A stretch of 64,000 nt of DNA, taken from a virus. Location: IMG/VR virus record IMGVR_UViG_3300031787_000068, positions 1 to 64,000 of that record; one strand, written 5' to 3'. Positions within the stretch are counted from its first letter, which is position 1; each line of letters opens with the position of its first letter. The notes under the pieces were generated by a model. That model saw only the letters and a program-made list of their open reading frames with translations. It was not told the origin of the DNA and did no database searches. Position numbers and translations under genes: made by a program. This document shows positions 47,760 to 58,272 of this stretch, in pieces.

Positions 47760-50700
47760 ATGGCGGAACCAAAATTATTCGATTATAATTCTTCTTTTTC
47801 TGTCCTGAGGACTAATCCCGCTATAACGGGAAATTTAAAGATAACGGTAGATTCTAAAGGCGGGGTTTCTTTTAATTCTTTTTCTGCTAATACCCCTCTT
47901 AGCTCTAAAAAATTTAAAAAATTCAATATAACAGGGAAAAATCCCTTTAACGTAGACGTTTATAATTTTTTTGAGCAAGGGCAAACCCCGATAGAATCTA
48001 TATTTCAGGTAGCAAAAAAAACAAACGGAGAAACTAATACTGCTACTAAATATTCTGGACAATATGATTTTTTTTATGGAAGTGGAGCATCCCTTTTCAT
48101 AGATCCAAATTACCCAGAATCTTTTAGTTATCTTTCCCCTTTATGGATTAAAGATGAACTCCCGGATTTTTTCGTTATATTTAAAGTTCCTGGACCTCTT
48201 AGTTATTCTTATACCGAAAATGTAACTTCTATAAATTCTGGTATTTTCTATAAAGTCATAGCTGATTACGATAGTTCTTACATAGACCCGGAAACTAATC
48301 TTCCCAACTATAAAATAAGATACGGGAAAGATCCTTTAGGGAATGATATCTTTTATTATGACGGATCTATATTTCAAGGTAATATTTCTTACAATTCCTA
48401 TGATTCCATATTAGGATCTGGGAAAGTCGTCGTGTTTGATGAACTTTACAATTTATCCAATGTTGATAATGTAGAAAACACTTTTAAAAGTAAAATATTA
48501 CCTAATGCTACGTCTATTAAAACTTTTGATCTAAGAGAAAATACGACAATAGGAAGCTACATAAGATCGATAATAAATAATCCAAATTTTTCAAAATCCC
48601 CTATAGACATAAATTGGTCTCCTAATGGGTATTCTTACTGGAACGGCGTAGACATAAAAAATGGGGTTTTTGGGTCTAAAGGAGAGATACTGTATAACTA
48701 TTTTAGATCTTCCGAATCTGATTCTCTAATAGATTTTGAAAATTATATAACTTCAGGATTTTCTAGAAATGGAATTATATGTCCAAATCTACTTAATTTA
48801 GAATTTCTTTTCGATGATGACGACTCCGATTTATATACCATAAATAGGTATTTTGGGATGTATGTTTCTAGAAATGATATATCATCTTTAAGAAGTAACG
48901 GAAAGTTTTTTTATGAATTTAAAGATCTTGAAGGGAATGATAATTTACCTAAGCCTTCAAGGGACAATTTAGGGTATTATTACAACACGAAAAATAATCT
49001 TTTATCCGCAACTTCAGGAATTAGATTTTTCTATGAAAACTCTTCTGGATTTTCTCCGGGTTCTAACGATGTAAATATATCGGACGAGTATAAACTTTTT
49101 TATCTTACCGATAAAAATGAAAATTTTTATAGCTTAAAAAGATCGGAGAATTATGATCCTAATGATTCTTCATCCCCTAATTTTTTTGGTCCCTATGATT
49201 ATACTACTATGTCTTTTGGGGGAACTGGATCTACCGGAGCAACTTCTGGTAGTTTATCCCTTCATGATACGAAAATAGATCTTTTAGATTTTACTGGGGT
49301 GGGGAGAAAAATAGCTACTATAAAGGGATCTAAGACGGAAGACCCAGGAAGATCTTACATAGATATAGAATTCTTAAAAGCTTACGATCTTCCTTTTACC
49401 CTTACTTTTAAAATATTTTGGCCTAATGGATCTCAGAAAGAAGGATCCAGAAAATACGATATAGTGGAATCTAAAGATTTATCCTCTATATTTCCTTGGC
49501 TAGAGGGAGCTTATTATTCTTCTGGGGATTCTTATTACTTTAATGCCTTACTAGGTTCGGTTAGCGACATTTCCGGGGCCTTTGCTAATGTTCTAGATGA
49601 AATGAATCCTATAAGTTGGGATACGGGATCTAATGAAGGCTATACGATAATCCGAAGCAAAAATACCGGGGTATATGGAAATTCTTCTTTATTCGTAAGT
49701 GTTTTTGATGATTATGTTAATTTCAAATTATCGTACAAAAAAGAGTGGAACAATACGGAAGCTTATTCTTCCGGAGATGTTGTTTTATATTTAGATCGAT
49801 ATTATCAAGCAAATTCTCCTATATCTTCTCCGCCTTTGGGGAATTTTAATTCTTCCCCAAATAATTCTTCTTCTTGGGACCCATACTATACTTTTTCTTC
49901 TAGCGGATATCTAAAAATAAAAGGGGTAGATCCTTCTTCAAGTAATCAAAACTTTAATTTTACCGGAGGAACCAAAACTAAAAACAATAGGTTAGTTTTT
50001 TCTAATGAGTATTCGGAACAGGTTCGGGTAGGGGATTTTATAAAGACTTTAACCGGGTTTAATGAGATAAAAGAAGTAACTAGATATGTAGAATCTCCTG
50101 AGATAGATCCCAACAGTAAAAAAGTAATCTCTTTTAAAGATTTTTTAAGTAAGCTTGTTGTAGAATTTGAAGATGATTATGCTAGAGTTGATTTAGGATC
50201 TGATGAGTCTTTTAATACTTATTCTACTCCGGACCTTAAAGTAGGGGTTTTTACTTTTTTTGATACAAAAGAATTTGATTTTGATTTTTTCTCCTCCGAT
50301 TATTCATATAATCCTTTTCCGGAGACTTATCGATATTATCAAATACAACCCGGGAGAGAAGGTGTTATAGAAGATGGAATTTACTATTTTGTAAAACAGG
50401 GTCAAATCATTTACAATTCGGTTTCTTATAGCAGTGGAGATATTTTTACTGGGGTTTCTGGAGCAAGCTCCTATACGGAAACAAACCCAAACCCAAATTT
50501 TCCGGTAGTAGTTTTTCCTTCCCAATACTCAAATGTTTCTTATGATGGATCTACCTCTTATAGTAATATAGGGTATGAGCCTAACTTAGATTCGTTCAAT
50601 GGGTTTCTAGGAATACAAAAATTAAACCCGGGAACACCCAATTCAACGGATACAAAAACCCAAATATTTTCTTTTGGTAAGCTAGATTTAGAATATGACT

Positions 50701-53270
50701 ATTTACAGGAAAATTATAACCCTAGACTTTCTAATTTCTCTAGAATAGTTCCTTTTGTTAATAAATGGGCTTATTCATCTGGAACCGATGGAAGAGGAAA
50801 TGCTTATAGGTTAAATTCTACCCCTGCATTTTCTCCTACAAATTTTTCCCCTTCTGTTGATAGGAATAGAAGAGATTCTAAGTATTTAACACATGAATGG
50901 TTTTTACTAGAATCTATTCCTTACAAATTTCCTATCGAATATATGGGGGATCAAAATAGCTATCTCCCCGAAAAAATAGATTTAAATAAATGTAAAAATG
51001 CGGATCCAAATTCTGTAGATTCCCTTTATCTTCCTTCTTACTTTACTGTGGATCCTTCTGATTACCCAATAGATTTTAGAGACCTTAAAAATTACACCAA
51101 AGAGCTATTTACCCCTTTGGTTTATAATCCAGCAAATCAATACTATGAAACTGTTTTTAGAGGGGTTAAAATAACAATAAAAAAAAGATCGGATATTTCT
51201 GGGAACGATCCCGAGGATACTAACAGATATGTTCCAGCATATAAAGGATTTGAAGACTATAGATTCTCTGCTATACTTAGAGCTATACCCGAGGATTCTT
51301 CTATTATACAGCCTCCTATTAAATATGAAATTATAGAGAATTCAACCCAGAAATTTATATTATTTATTTGCGATGTTGTAATTAAAGACCAAAAATCTCT
51401 TCCGATAGGGTATACCGGAGGTACCGGATCTACTCCAGGATTAGATTATACTTTACTTTATACACTTTCGGATAAAGAAAAATTAACTTTTCCTTTAACT
51501 ATCGGTGAAGGATTTAATTCTATAGACGATATAAAATTAAGTGTTGCTTTAGATCTTTCTCTTTCGTCCGGAAGTTCAGTAAATACAGTAGATCCTACCG
51601 GATTCATATATTCAGTTCCAAACCCTGATTATAATACGGATTTAAGAGAAGAAATAACAAGAGTTTTTTCCAGAAATACATCAGGAGCTACTTCGGGACC
51701 TTCCCCGACCGGTCCTCTAAGTTTTTATGCCCCTAGTATATCTACGGGTCTTAATTATCCTTGGCCTGTTGGTGTAAATTCAGATTCTATAGAATTTGGA
51801 AGGGTAACTACGACCCCCAATTACACTTTTAATATACCTTATTCATTCTTAAGCCCGGCAACTGTTCCAGTTGGTCCTTCTTCGATATATAAAAATCAAC
51901 CAGTTTTCCAGGTAGAAGGAGGAAATAATTACTATGACGGAATAATGAATAGATTATCTGTCGGCTACATATTTGAAGAATTACAGAAAAAATCCCAATA
52001 TATTAAATATAAAACATATTCTTGGGACCCTTTAACTTCTTCTACAGTAGAGACCACAGATTCTTTCGAAATAATTTTCCAGAGACCCGATTTGGTTCTA
52101 AAACCAGAAGGATCTTTTCCTGTAGCTATTTATGATGGTCCAAAAACTTTAGGATCTAACCAGCCTACTGGATATATTTTTGATTCCGACGATAACCCAA
52201 ATTTAGCTTCTAGTTTAACAAGGCACTCTGGTAAATATGATCCTATATTTAGAAAGATAATACATTTCGACAGAGATAAAAACGACACGATAACAGGAGA
52301 TACTTCTATAGATCTTTCTTTTAGAAACTGTAATTTCTCCCCTTCTAAATATTATTTTGGTATATCTAGAAATCTTTGTTTTACTAAAGTAGATTTAGGG
52401 TCCAATATACTTTCAAATAGCTCTTCTCTTCCGCAGGGAAGTGTTTATCCCCTAGTGGGACAAACCCCTATATCCATAAAAGATTTTAATGTTTTTTCTT
52501 CTTCTTGGGACCCTGGATACTATGAAAGATTTACACTACCTGAAACTTCTATTAAAGTTGCGGGAACAAGATCGATGGAAGAGTATAAAACATTCATGGG
52601 ATCTAAGATAATGAAAACTCCTTTCGAATTATACGTAAATAATTATACTGTTCTTCAGATTTCTAAGAATTCCGGTGACAATTCAGTAAATTCTATAAAT
52701 CAGAAAATATCTTCTTACATAAAAGAAATACAGGAAATAAATAAAAATAATAGCGGAACTGGTATAGGGATAGGTGGGACATACCTTTCTGGGATAGATC
52801 TTTCTTCTCTTAATCAGGATCTATTTCCGGGGGTAGAGGTTTTTTATCAGTATTTTCCGGATTCGAGCAGAGTTTTCGGGATAATGAGATTGGATAGAAT
52901 TTTAAGAAGATATCTCTTAAATTCGGGAATAAAAAATGTTTTTTTAGATAATATAATATCTGAATTTGGAGTAGGGGATCCTAATTCCATAAATGACGAT
53001 ATAAACACATATATAGATCTAAATATTTCCCCTGCTTACGAAGGGGGTAATTTCAACCTTTATGTAAAAAAAGTAGCGGCTAAAACAATATCCACCGAAA
53101 ATTTAGTAGTAGGGGATATTAGTTCTTATAACAGAGCAACGTCCGGGTATTCTATAAATAATAATTATACATTGACAAAAATAAATAATTTAGTTTATAA
53201 TTTTACTTTCGATATGGAAAGAAACTTTAATTATTCATTATCCTTTTCGATACCAATTATTAAAATTTAA
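47760..53270 (+). CDS. Very large virion structural protein with CBM5/12-like module
   Basis: 1836 aa; EWNNTEAYSSGDVVLYLDRYYQAN...WDPY resembles a ChtBD3/CBM5-12 module. Confidence 0.55.
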   Translation: MAEPKLFDYNSSFSVLRTNPAITGNLKITVDSKGGVSFNSFSANTPLSSKKFKKFNITGKNPFNVDVYNFFEQGQTPIESIFQVAKKTNGETNTATKYSGQYDFFYGSGASLFIDPNYPESFSYLSPLWIKDELPDFFVIFKVPGPLSYSYTENVTSINSGIFYKVIADYDSSYIDPETNLPNYKIRYGKDPLGNDIFYYDGSIFQGNISYNSYDSILGSGKVVVFDELYNLSNVDNVENTFKSKILPNATSIKTFDLRENTTIGSYIRSIINNPNFSKSPIDINWSPNGYSYWNGVDIKNGVFGSKGEILYNYFRSSESDSLIDFENYITSGFSRNGIICPNLLNLEFLFDDDDSDLYTINRYFGMYVSRNDISSLRSNGKFFYEFKDLEGNDNLPKPSRDNLGYYYNTKNNLLSATSGIRFFYENSSGFSPGSNDVNISDEYKLFYLTDKNENFYSLKRSENYDPNDSSSPNFFGPYDYTTMSFGGTGSTGATSGSLSLHDTKIDLLDFTGVGRKIATIKGSKTEDPGRSYIDIEFLKAYDLPFTLTFKIFWPNGSQKEGSRKYDIVESKDLSSIFPWLEGAYYSSGDSYYFNALLGSVSDISGAFANVLDEMNPISWDTGSNEGYTIIRSKNTGVYGNSSLFVSVFDDYVNFKLSYKKEWNNTEAYSSGDVVLYLDRYYQANSPISSPPLGNFNSSPNNSSSWDPYYTFSSSGYLKIKGVDPSSSNQNFNFTGGTKTKNNRLVFSNEYSEQVRVGDFIKTLTGFNEIKEVTRYVESPEIDPNSKKVISFKDFLSKLVVEFEDDYARVDLGSDESFNTYSTPDLKVGVFTFFDTKEFDFDFFSSDYSYNPFPETYRYYQIQPGREGVIEDGIYYFVKQGQIIYNSVSYSSGDIFTGVSGASSYTETNPNPNFPVVVFPSQYSNVSYDGSTSYSNIGYEPNLDSFNGFLGIQKLNPGTPNSTDTKTQIFSFGKLDLEYDYLQENYNPRLSNFSRIVPFVNKWAYSSGTDGRGNAYRLNSTPAFSPTNFSPSVDRNRRDSKYLTHEWFLLESIPYKFPIEYMGDQNSYLPEKIDLNKCKNADPNSVDSLYLPSYFTVDPSDYPIDFRDLKNYTKELFTPLVYNPANQYYETVFRGVKITIKKRSDISGNDPEDTNRYVPAYKGFEDYRFSAILRAIPEDSSIIQPPIKYEIIENSTQKFILFICDVVIKDQKSLPIGYTGGTGSTPGLDYTLLYTLSDKEKLTFPLTIGEGFNSIDDIKLSVALDLSLSSGSSVNTVDPTGFIYSVPNPDYNTDLREEITRVFSRNTSGATSGPSPTGPLSFYAPSISTGLNYPWPVGVNSDSIEFGRVTTTPNYTFNIPYSFLSPATVPVGPSSIYKNQPVFQVEGGNNYYDGIMNRLSVGYIFEELQKKSQYIKYKTYSWDPLTSSTVETTDSFEIIFQRPDLVLKPEGSFPVAIYDGPKTLGSNQPTGYIFDSDDNPNLASSLTRHSGKYDPIFRKIIHFDRDKNDTITGDTSIDLSFRNCNFSPSKYYFGISRNLCFTKVDLGSNILSNSSSLPQGSVYPLVGQTPISIKDFNVFSSSWDPGYYERFTLPETSIKVAGTRSMEEYKTFMGSKIMKTPFELYVNNYTVLQISKNSGDNSVNSINQKISSYIKEIQEINKNNSGTGIGIGGTYLSGIDLSSLNQDLFPGVEVFYQYFPDSSRVFGIMRLDRILRRYLLNSGIKNVFLDNIISEFGVGDPNSINDDINTYIDLNISPAYEGGNFNLYVKKVAAKTISTENLVVGDISSYNRATSGYSINNNYTLTKINNLVYNFTFDMERNFNYSLSFSIPIIKI

Positions 53271-53272
53271 AT

Positions 53273-54856
53273 ATGCCAATCACAAATATACAAGGTCTTA
53301 ATTATTCCGATAGTCAAAATGAATTAGTAAATAAGCTAAATAGTAATTTTGATGAACTTATAGAACTCCACGGGGGGATTCAAGGAAATCTTGGACCCAC
53401 TGGAGGAGATGGCTCTATCGGGCTTGCCGGGATAAACGGGAAACCCGGTATTACTGGGCCCAGAGGAACCAGATGGTTTGTGAGATCCTCCCAGCCAGGG
53501 GGGACCGGAAATTATTCAGTAGAAGGAGATTACTGGGTAGAGATTTCTACCTCTAAAATTTATATTTTTACGGATACCGGATGGGTGGATACGGGGTATC
53601 AATTAGATTCTTCAAATTCTTTATTTAGAGATGTTTCGTATACATCTTCAGGGGGATCCTCAGGAAATGCTATAACTGAAAATCAAAATTCTCCTTCCCT
53701 CTATACTTTTGTTGTTGAGGATCAAACCCCGGAAAATTCTTCTTTGGTAAATAGAAATCTTTCTAAATTCCTTCTTTCTACCGATACTTCTTTGAATGAT
53801 GGTGCTCTTTTAGAATTTTCTAAGAGCGAATTGGAGGATGGAAGTATATCTGATTATTCCTCTCACCCTATAATATCTTGGGGAAATTTTGATCCTTCTA
53901 ATCTCGATTTAAATCTGGAAGTTCCAGAAGGAAAATTTTATACTGGAGCTAGCGGGGGAATGAGTATAAAAGCTTCTGATATATCCATAGAATCCTACAC
54001 CGGGATAACTTTTGAAAGCTTGGCAAATGTATTTGCTACGGGGGGAATTAATTTAACTTCTGTTAGTGCTCTAATATCTTCTTCAAATTTAACTAACTCG
54101 TTGACTTTAACTTCAGTAAAAAGATGTTTAAGTTTAACCCCGACACTAACTTCTCCTTCTCCTAGCATATCTGTTAATTCTACTTCCTCGGGAGGAGGAA
54201 CAGGAGCATTAAAAACAACTAGAACAGCAGATAATTATGATGACCTTTCTAATTCCGTATATAATGTACTTTTGGCATGTGATGGGCCAGGGGGATCAGA
54301 TGATCGTCAATTTTATATAAACACAAAAGGAAAAGTAAAAACCAAAAAAATAGACGGAGGAGTTACTTATCCATTTTCTGGATTTGGAGCAACTTCTTCG
54401 TCGGGAACTGATGTTATATGCTGGTATCTCGTAGCTAGAACTTCTTCCCCTACATTTCCGTTATCCACACCGAAGCCATTTGCTCTTAATAACGGAAATG
54501 TAGCTGTGATAAATCCCTACACTACTGCACCAACTACTTTTAGCTCTTTTTGTGGTATAGGAATATATTCTTTTACTGACTATACTTGGGGAAGAGCAGG
54601 TGGTTTACAAAATGGGGAATCTCTAAGATTCAGCGCTTACTGCAGTCAAAACCCAGGAGGAGCTTCCCAATTTAGAGGATTTAGATACATCGGATACGGA
54701 AGAAATTCTTCAACGATGACAACCGTAGCTGAACTTCCTTTCTATGCTGCATCTGTGGATTTCATAATATCCAGAGGGGCAACGGGATCTTTAACTAGCG
54801 TAAGCTATCTTGCCTATGGATCTTCTGGGGGAAGTGGAGGATCTTTTTATTTCTGA
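53273..54856 (+). CDS. Collagen-like tail fibre paralogue A
   Basis: DSQNELVNKLNSNF followed by 10 GXY triplets (53375..53464), RGTRWF and GDYW. Confidence 0.75.
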   Translation: MPITNIQGLNYSDSQNELVNKLNSNFDELIELHGGIQGNLGPTGGDGSIGLAGINGKPGITGPRGTRWFVRSSQPGGTGNYSVEGDYWVEISTSKIYIFTDTGWVDTGYQLDSSNSLFRDVSYTSSGGSSGNAITENQNSPSLYTFVVEDQTPENSSLVNRNLSKFLLSTDTSLNDGALLEFSKSELEDGSISDYSSHPIISWGNFDPSNLDLNLEVPEGKFYTGASGGMSIKASDISIESYTGITFESLANVFATGGINLTSVSALISSSNLTNSLTLTSVKRCLSLTPTLTSPSPSISVNSTSSGGGTGALKTTRTADNYDDLSNSVYNVLLACDGPGGSDDRQFYINTKGKVKTKKIDGGVTYPFSGFGATSSSGTDVICWYLVARTSSPTFPLSTPKPFALNNGNVAVINPYTTAPTTFSSFCGIGIYSFTDYTWGRAGGLQNGESLRFSAYCSQNPGGASQFRGFRYIGYGRNSSTMTTVAELPFYAASVDFIISRGATGSLTSVSYLAYGSSGGSGGSFYF

Positions 54857-54871
54857 TATATAGATTAATAG

Positions 54872-56503
54872 ATGAAAGAACTTAAATTATTATTATTAGA
54901 AAAGGGGGATTCCCAAAAGAATTTGGTGGATAAGTCCAATTTCAATTTTAGCCAGATACTTTCTTTTGAAGGAGGTCCTTACGGAAAGATAGGGCCTGAG
55001 GGAAAAACAGGGGTCCCTGGATCTGAAGGGCCTACCGGATCTTTTGGTCCTCAAGGAAAAAGAGGAAATACCTGGGAAGTTTCAATAACCCAACCATTAA
55101 ATCCTTCTAATGGTGATTATTGGCTGAATCCTTTAAGTAATAATGAAGTAAAAGTCTATAATTCCTCTACAGGAAATTGGGATTTTTATTCCATTAATAT
55201 TAGTGGACTTGACTTATTTAGGGAATTTGGCCCTCTTCAAACCGGGTCTGGGCCCTCTCCTAAAAATGGATATTTTATATCCTTGCCTTTTCCTGAATTA
55301 ACGACTTTTGTGATTAGTGATTCCTATCTTTCGGATGGATCCCCGACAGCAAATCCACAATATTCAAAAATGGTGATTTCTACAGATTCACAAATTCCAA
55401 ATAGAAGAATAATGGAATTTACTAAAGGACCTTATCACGGAACTCTTTTTAGTCAAGAAACCCCTTATTTTTCATGGTCTTCTGGACCTACTTCTTCCGT
55501 TGGAAATTATGCTTTGGATTTCATTTCTCCAAAATCTTTGGATTTTGATCTAGGGGGAGATTTTAAATTGAAATCTACATCTTCTTCGATCTCATTAAAA
55601 TCTGGACCTTTCATTTCTGGGTATGGAATCAATAAATACATAACAGGAACCTATTCTTCTTCTGCCAACGGTAATTTAGTTATAAATGTGAATTCTGGTT
55701 TAGGAAGTCTTTTGTTTTCGGGGAAAAATATTTCTTATACTACTCCGGCATCGTCTACTATAGTAGCAAATTTAAATCTGAGATCTTCGAATATCCTTTT
55801 TAGTTCCGGAGCTTCTCTTATACTAACTTCTCAGAATCCTAATCTAGGAAATCTTTATTATAAGATGGATGTAGCATCCCCTCTGAATAGTAGTAGATCT
55901 GCTTCTACACTATTCAAAGCAACCGACTCCGGCGGAGAAATAAATATTCTTGAAATCTCAGGAAAAGGTGATTTTAAAATTGATAAGGCGGTTTATCCAT
56001 TGCATCCTTTAACGAATCCCACGAGGGTAATACTCCCTCCTTTTTCGCCAGATCCCGGATGGGCGGTTACCCATTTTTTTCCTTCGGTTTCCCCAGCTTT
56101 TACGACTGTCGGGTTTAATGCTTCCCGAGGGGTTGATTACTATTTAGTTCCTTCGACTTCGATTTCCGGAGAAATACTTGTTATTTACACTCCTTCTACA
56201 GGAGAAGGGTGGTTAGATTTAATCGATAATAACGAATATATGAATTTTAGAGTCCATAGCTCTAATCCCAATAAAGGATTTAATGCGATAGGAATTTATG
56301 ACGGAACTTTAATTTATGATTATGTTTCTTCTAGCTTTTCCGATTATTGCACTTCTGTTGAATTCACAATAATAAATATAAGTCAAACTTCTTCGGGAAC
56401 AGGTCCTTCTGACAGATGGTTCAAGGTACTTTACCAACTATGGGGAGGATCTTTATCTACTCCCATCTGCAGAGAAATATATGTCCCTGGATCTACACCT
56501 TAA
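54872..56503 (+). CDS. Collagen-like tail fibre paralogue B
   Basis: DSQKNLVDKSNFNF followed by 10 GXY triplets (54974..55063), RGNTW and GDYW; GATATATA at 54855..54862. Confidence 0.75.
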   Translation: MKELKLLLLEKGDSQKNLVDKSNFNFSQILSFEGGPYGKIGPEGKTGVPGSEGPTGSFGPQGKRGNTWEVSITQPLNPSNGDYWLNPLSNNEVKVYNSSTGNWDFYSINISGLDLFREFGPLQTGSGPSPKNGYFISLPFPELTTFVISDSYLSDGSPTANPQYSKMVISTDSQIPNRRIMEFTKGPYHGTLFSQETPYFSWSSGPTSSVGNYALDFISPKSLDFDLGGDFKLKSTSSSISLKSGPFISGYGINKYITGTYSSSANGNLVINVNSGLGSLLFSGKNISYTTPASSTIVANLNLRSSNILFSSGASLILTSQNPNLGNLYYKMDVASPLNSSRSASTLFKATDSGGEINILEISGKGDFKIDKAVYPLHPLTNPTRVILPPFSPDPGWAVTHFFPSVSPAFTTVGFNASRGVDYYLVPSTSISGEILVIYTPSTGEGWLDLIDNNEYMNFRVHSSNPNKGFNAIGIYDGTLIYDYVSSSFSDYCTSVEFTIINISQTSSGTGPSDRWFKVLYQLWGGSLSTPICREIYVPGSTP

Positions 56504-56511
56504 AAAAATAT

Positions 56512-58194
56512 ATGCACTTTAATACTAAATATATTAATCTAGGAGACTCCGAAAAGGAGATAAAAGATAAAATTAATTATAATTTTAATCAAATACTTTC
56601 TTTTGCAGTAGGCCACGAGGGACTTCCAGGTCCTAAAGGGGCAAATGGAATACCGGGACCTTCTGGAAAAATCGGATTATCGGGAAGTACGGGCGATAGA
56701 GCTTCTGAATGGTATAGAGGAATTACATTTCCTTCTTCGCCGCAGGAATTTGATTTATGGATAAACGATTCCTCTGAATTAGGGGACGTCTACGAAAGAG
56801 GTGCTACTTCTTGGGGATATACCGGTCTTTCTCTATTTAAATCAGATTTCTTTGAGGTTTATTCGGGAATAATAGGTCCTTTAGGTTTAACTAATAAATC
56901 TGCAATAGGAATAAAATCGACATATACTCCGAATCAGACTTCTTTGGTTATAAGCGATTCTTATTTTTCCAGTCTGGACGTAAACCCAAATAATTCTAAA
57001 GTTCTTATAGCTACAGAGGATCAGACAACAAATCCTATTTTTTCTTTCAATAAATCCAATGGTAATTCCTTAGAATACCCCTCTTTTTATTGGAAAAACT
57101 TGGGAACTTCATCAGATCTTATTTTTAAATCCCCAGGAGGACTATCTATCTTTTCTCTCCGGGAGGCTGAGATCTCCTCTAATGATCTTTTTCTAGGGGG
57201 AGGTGTTTTAATTTCGGGGGACTCCTTTCATTCTTCGGTTACTGTGGGAAATATTAATCTAATAGGGGGAGGATCTCAAATGAGACTTTTCACGGACCCG
57301 TTAGTAAATTCAGTTATTATAGATTCTTCGTATTTTAAAATCAATACTAATGAAATATTCAGCGCTAATAGATTTGAAATCTCTAGCAATAATTCAGTAC
57401 CGGGATCTTATGTTCTATCTTCTGTTCCTATCGGATCTCCTACCGATAAATATTTTGGCGGGATTAGTGTAAAAGCCTCTTCTCTAAGAATTTTTGATTT
57501 TGGTGGAACGGGGGGATCTATTTTATATGGAAGACCATTAAATTCTGTTACCTCTGGGGATCACAAACAGGTAGTATTCGGAGAGACCGGGGGAGTTCCT
57601 GCGGGAGCTACTTCTGGTCCTTATTCGTATCACGTGAAAGGGTTAACAAATAGTTTTTTTACCCCTTACAGCTTAAATTCAAGTTTTTTTCCCGAAGCCT
57701 CCAAAAACTCTATTTTTAGCTTTCTTCCTTCTACTATCAGCAATATTTTAAATATAACATCTCCTTCGAATTGGAATTCAAATCTACTAGTTCTAACGGT
57801 AGACACTTCATTAACTCCGATGAGTGGTGATGCTTACATATACATTCCTTCCACAACAAATACTTCTTTGGAACCGGTTTTTTACCAGGGGGAAGCAACT
57901 GAATTTAGGGTATATTTAAACGAAAAGGCTAATTTCCCATCAAGAAAGATTAGAGGAATAATCTACGATTACACTGTAAGATACACACAATTTTTTACGG
58001 GTAATGTTGTTACCGAAGTAAGAAAGGTTTTTTTGAACCTCCCGTCTCCTTGCTCTTATGTAGATCTTTTTTGGGCTTGGGCCGGAAGTGCAACCAACCC
58101 AAACGGAAGAATATTCTGGAAAACCTGTGATGGGTCATCAGGAATTCTAGATATGACTAATATTTATACGGTATCTAGTAATCCTTTCCCTTAA
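56512..58194 (+). CDS. Collagen-like tail fibre paralogue C
   Basis: Start re-called to ATG 56512 by alignment with the paralogues; DSEKEIKDKINYNF followed by 10 GXY triplets (56611..56700) and RASEW. Confidence 0.75.
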   Translation: MHFNTKYINLGDSEKEIKDKINYNFNQILSFAVGHEGLPGPKGANGIPGPSGKIGLSGSTGDRASEWYRGITFPSSPQEFDLWINDSSELGDVYERGATSWGYTGLSLFKSDFFEVYSGIIGPLGLTNKSAIGIKSTYTPNQTSLVISDSYFSSLDVNPNNSKVLIATEDQTTNPIFSFNKSNGNSLEYPSFYWKNLGTSSDLIFKSPGGLSIFSLREAEISSNDLFLGGGVLISGDSFHSSVTVGNINLIGGGSQMRLFTDPLVNSVIIDSSYFKINTNEIFSANRFEISSNNSVPGSYVLSSVPIGSPTDKYFGGISVKASSLRIFDFGGTGGSILYGRPLNSVTSGDHKQVVFGETGGVPAGATSGPYSYHVKGLTNSFFTPYSLNSSFFPEASKNSIFSFLPSTISNILNITSPSNWNSNLLVLTVDTSLTPMSGDAYIYIPSTTNTSLEPVFYQGEATEFRVYLNEKANFPSRKIRGIIYDYTVRYTQFFTGNVVTEVRKVFLNLPSPCSYVDLFWAWAGSATNPNGRIFWKTCDGSSGILDMTNIYTVSSNPFP

Positions 58195-58272
58195 AAATTA
58201 ATTATTTTAGGAGAAAAAAATATATAGTTAAATGAAATAGATTACGAATCCTTTAATATAAAACTAAAAATT

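Noticed and set aside
56416-56511. ORF-track N-terminal extension of collagen fibre C
   Set aside because: It overlaps the previous gene, and paralogue alignment places the start at ATG 56512.
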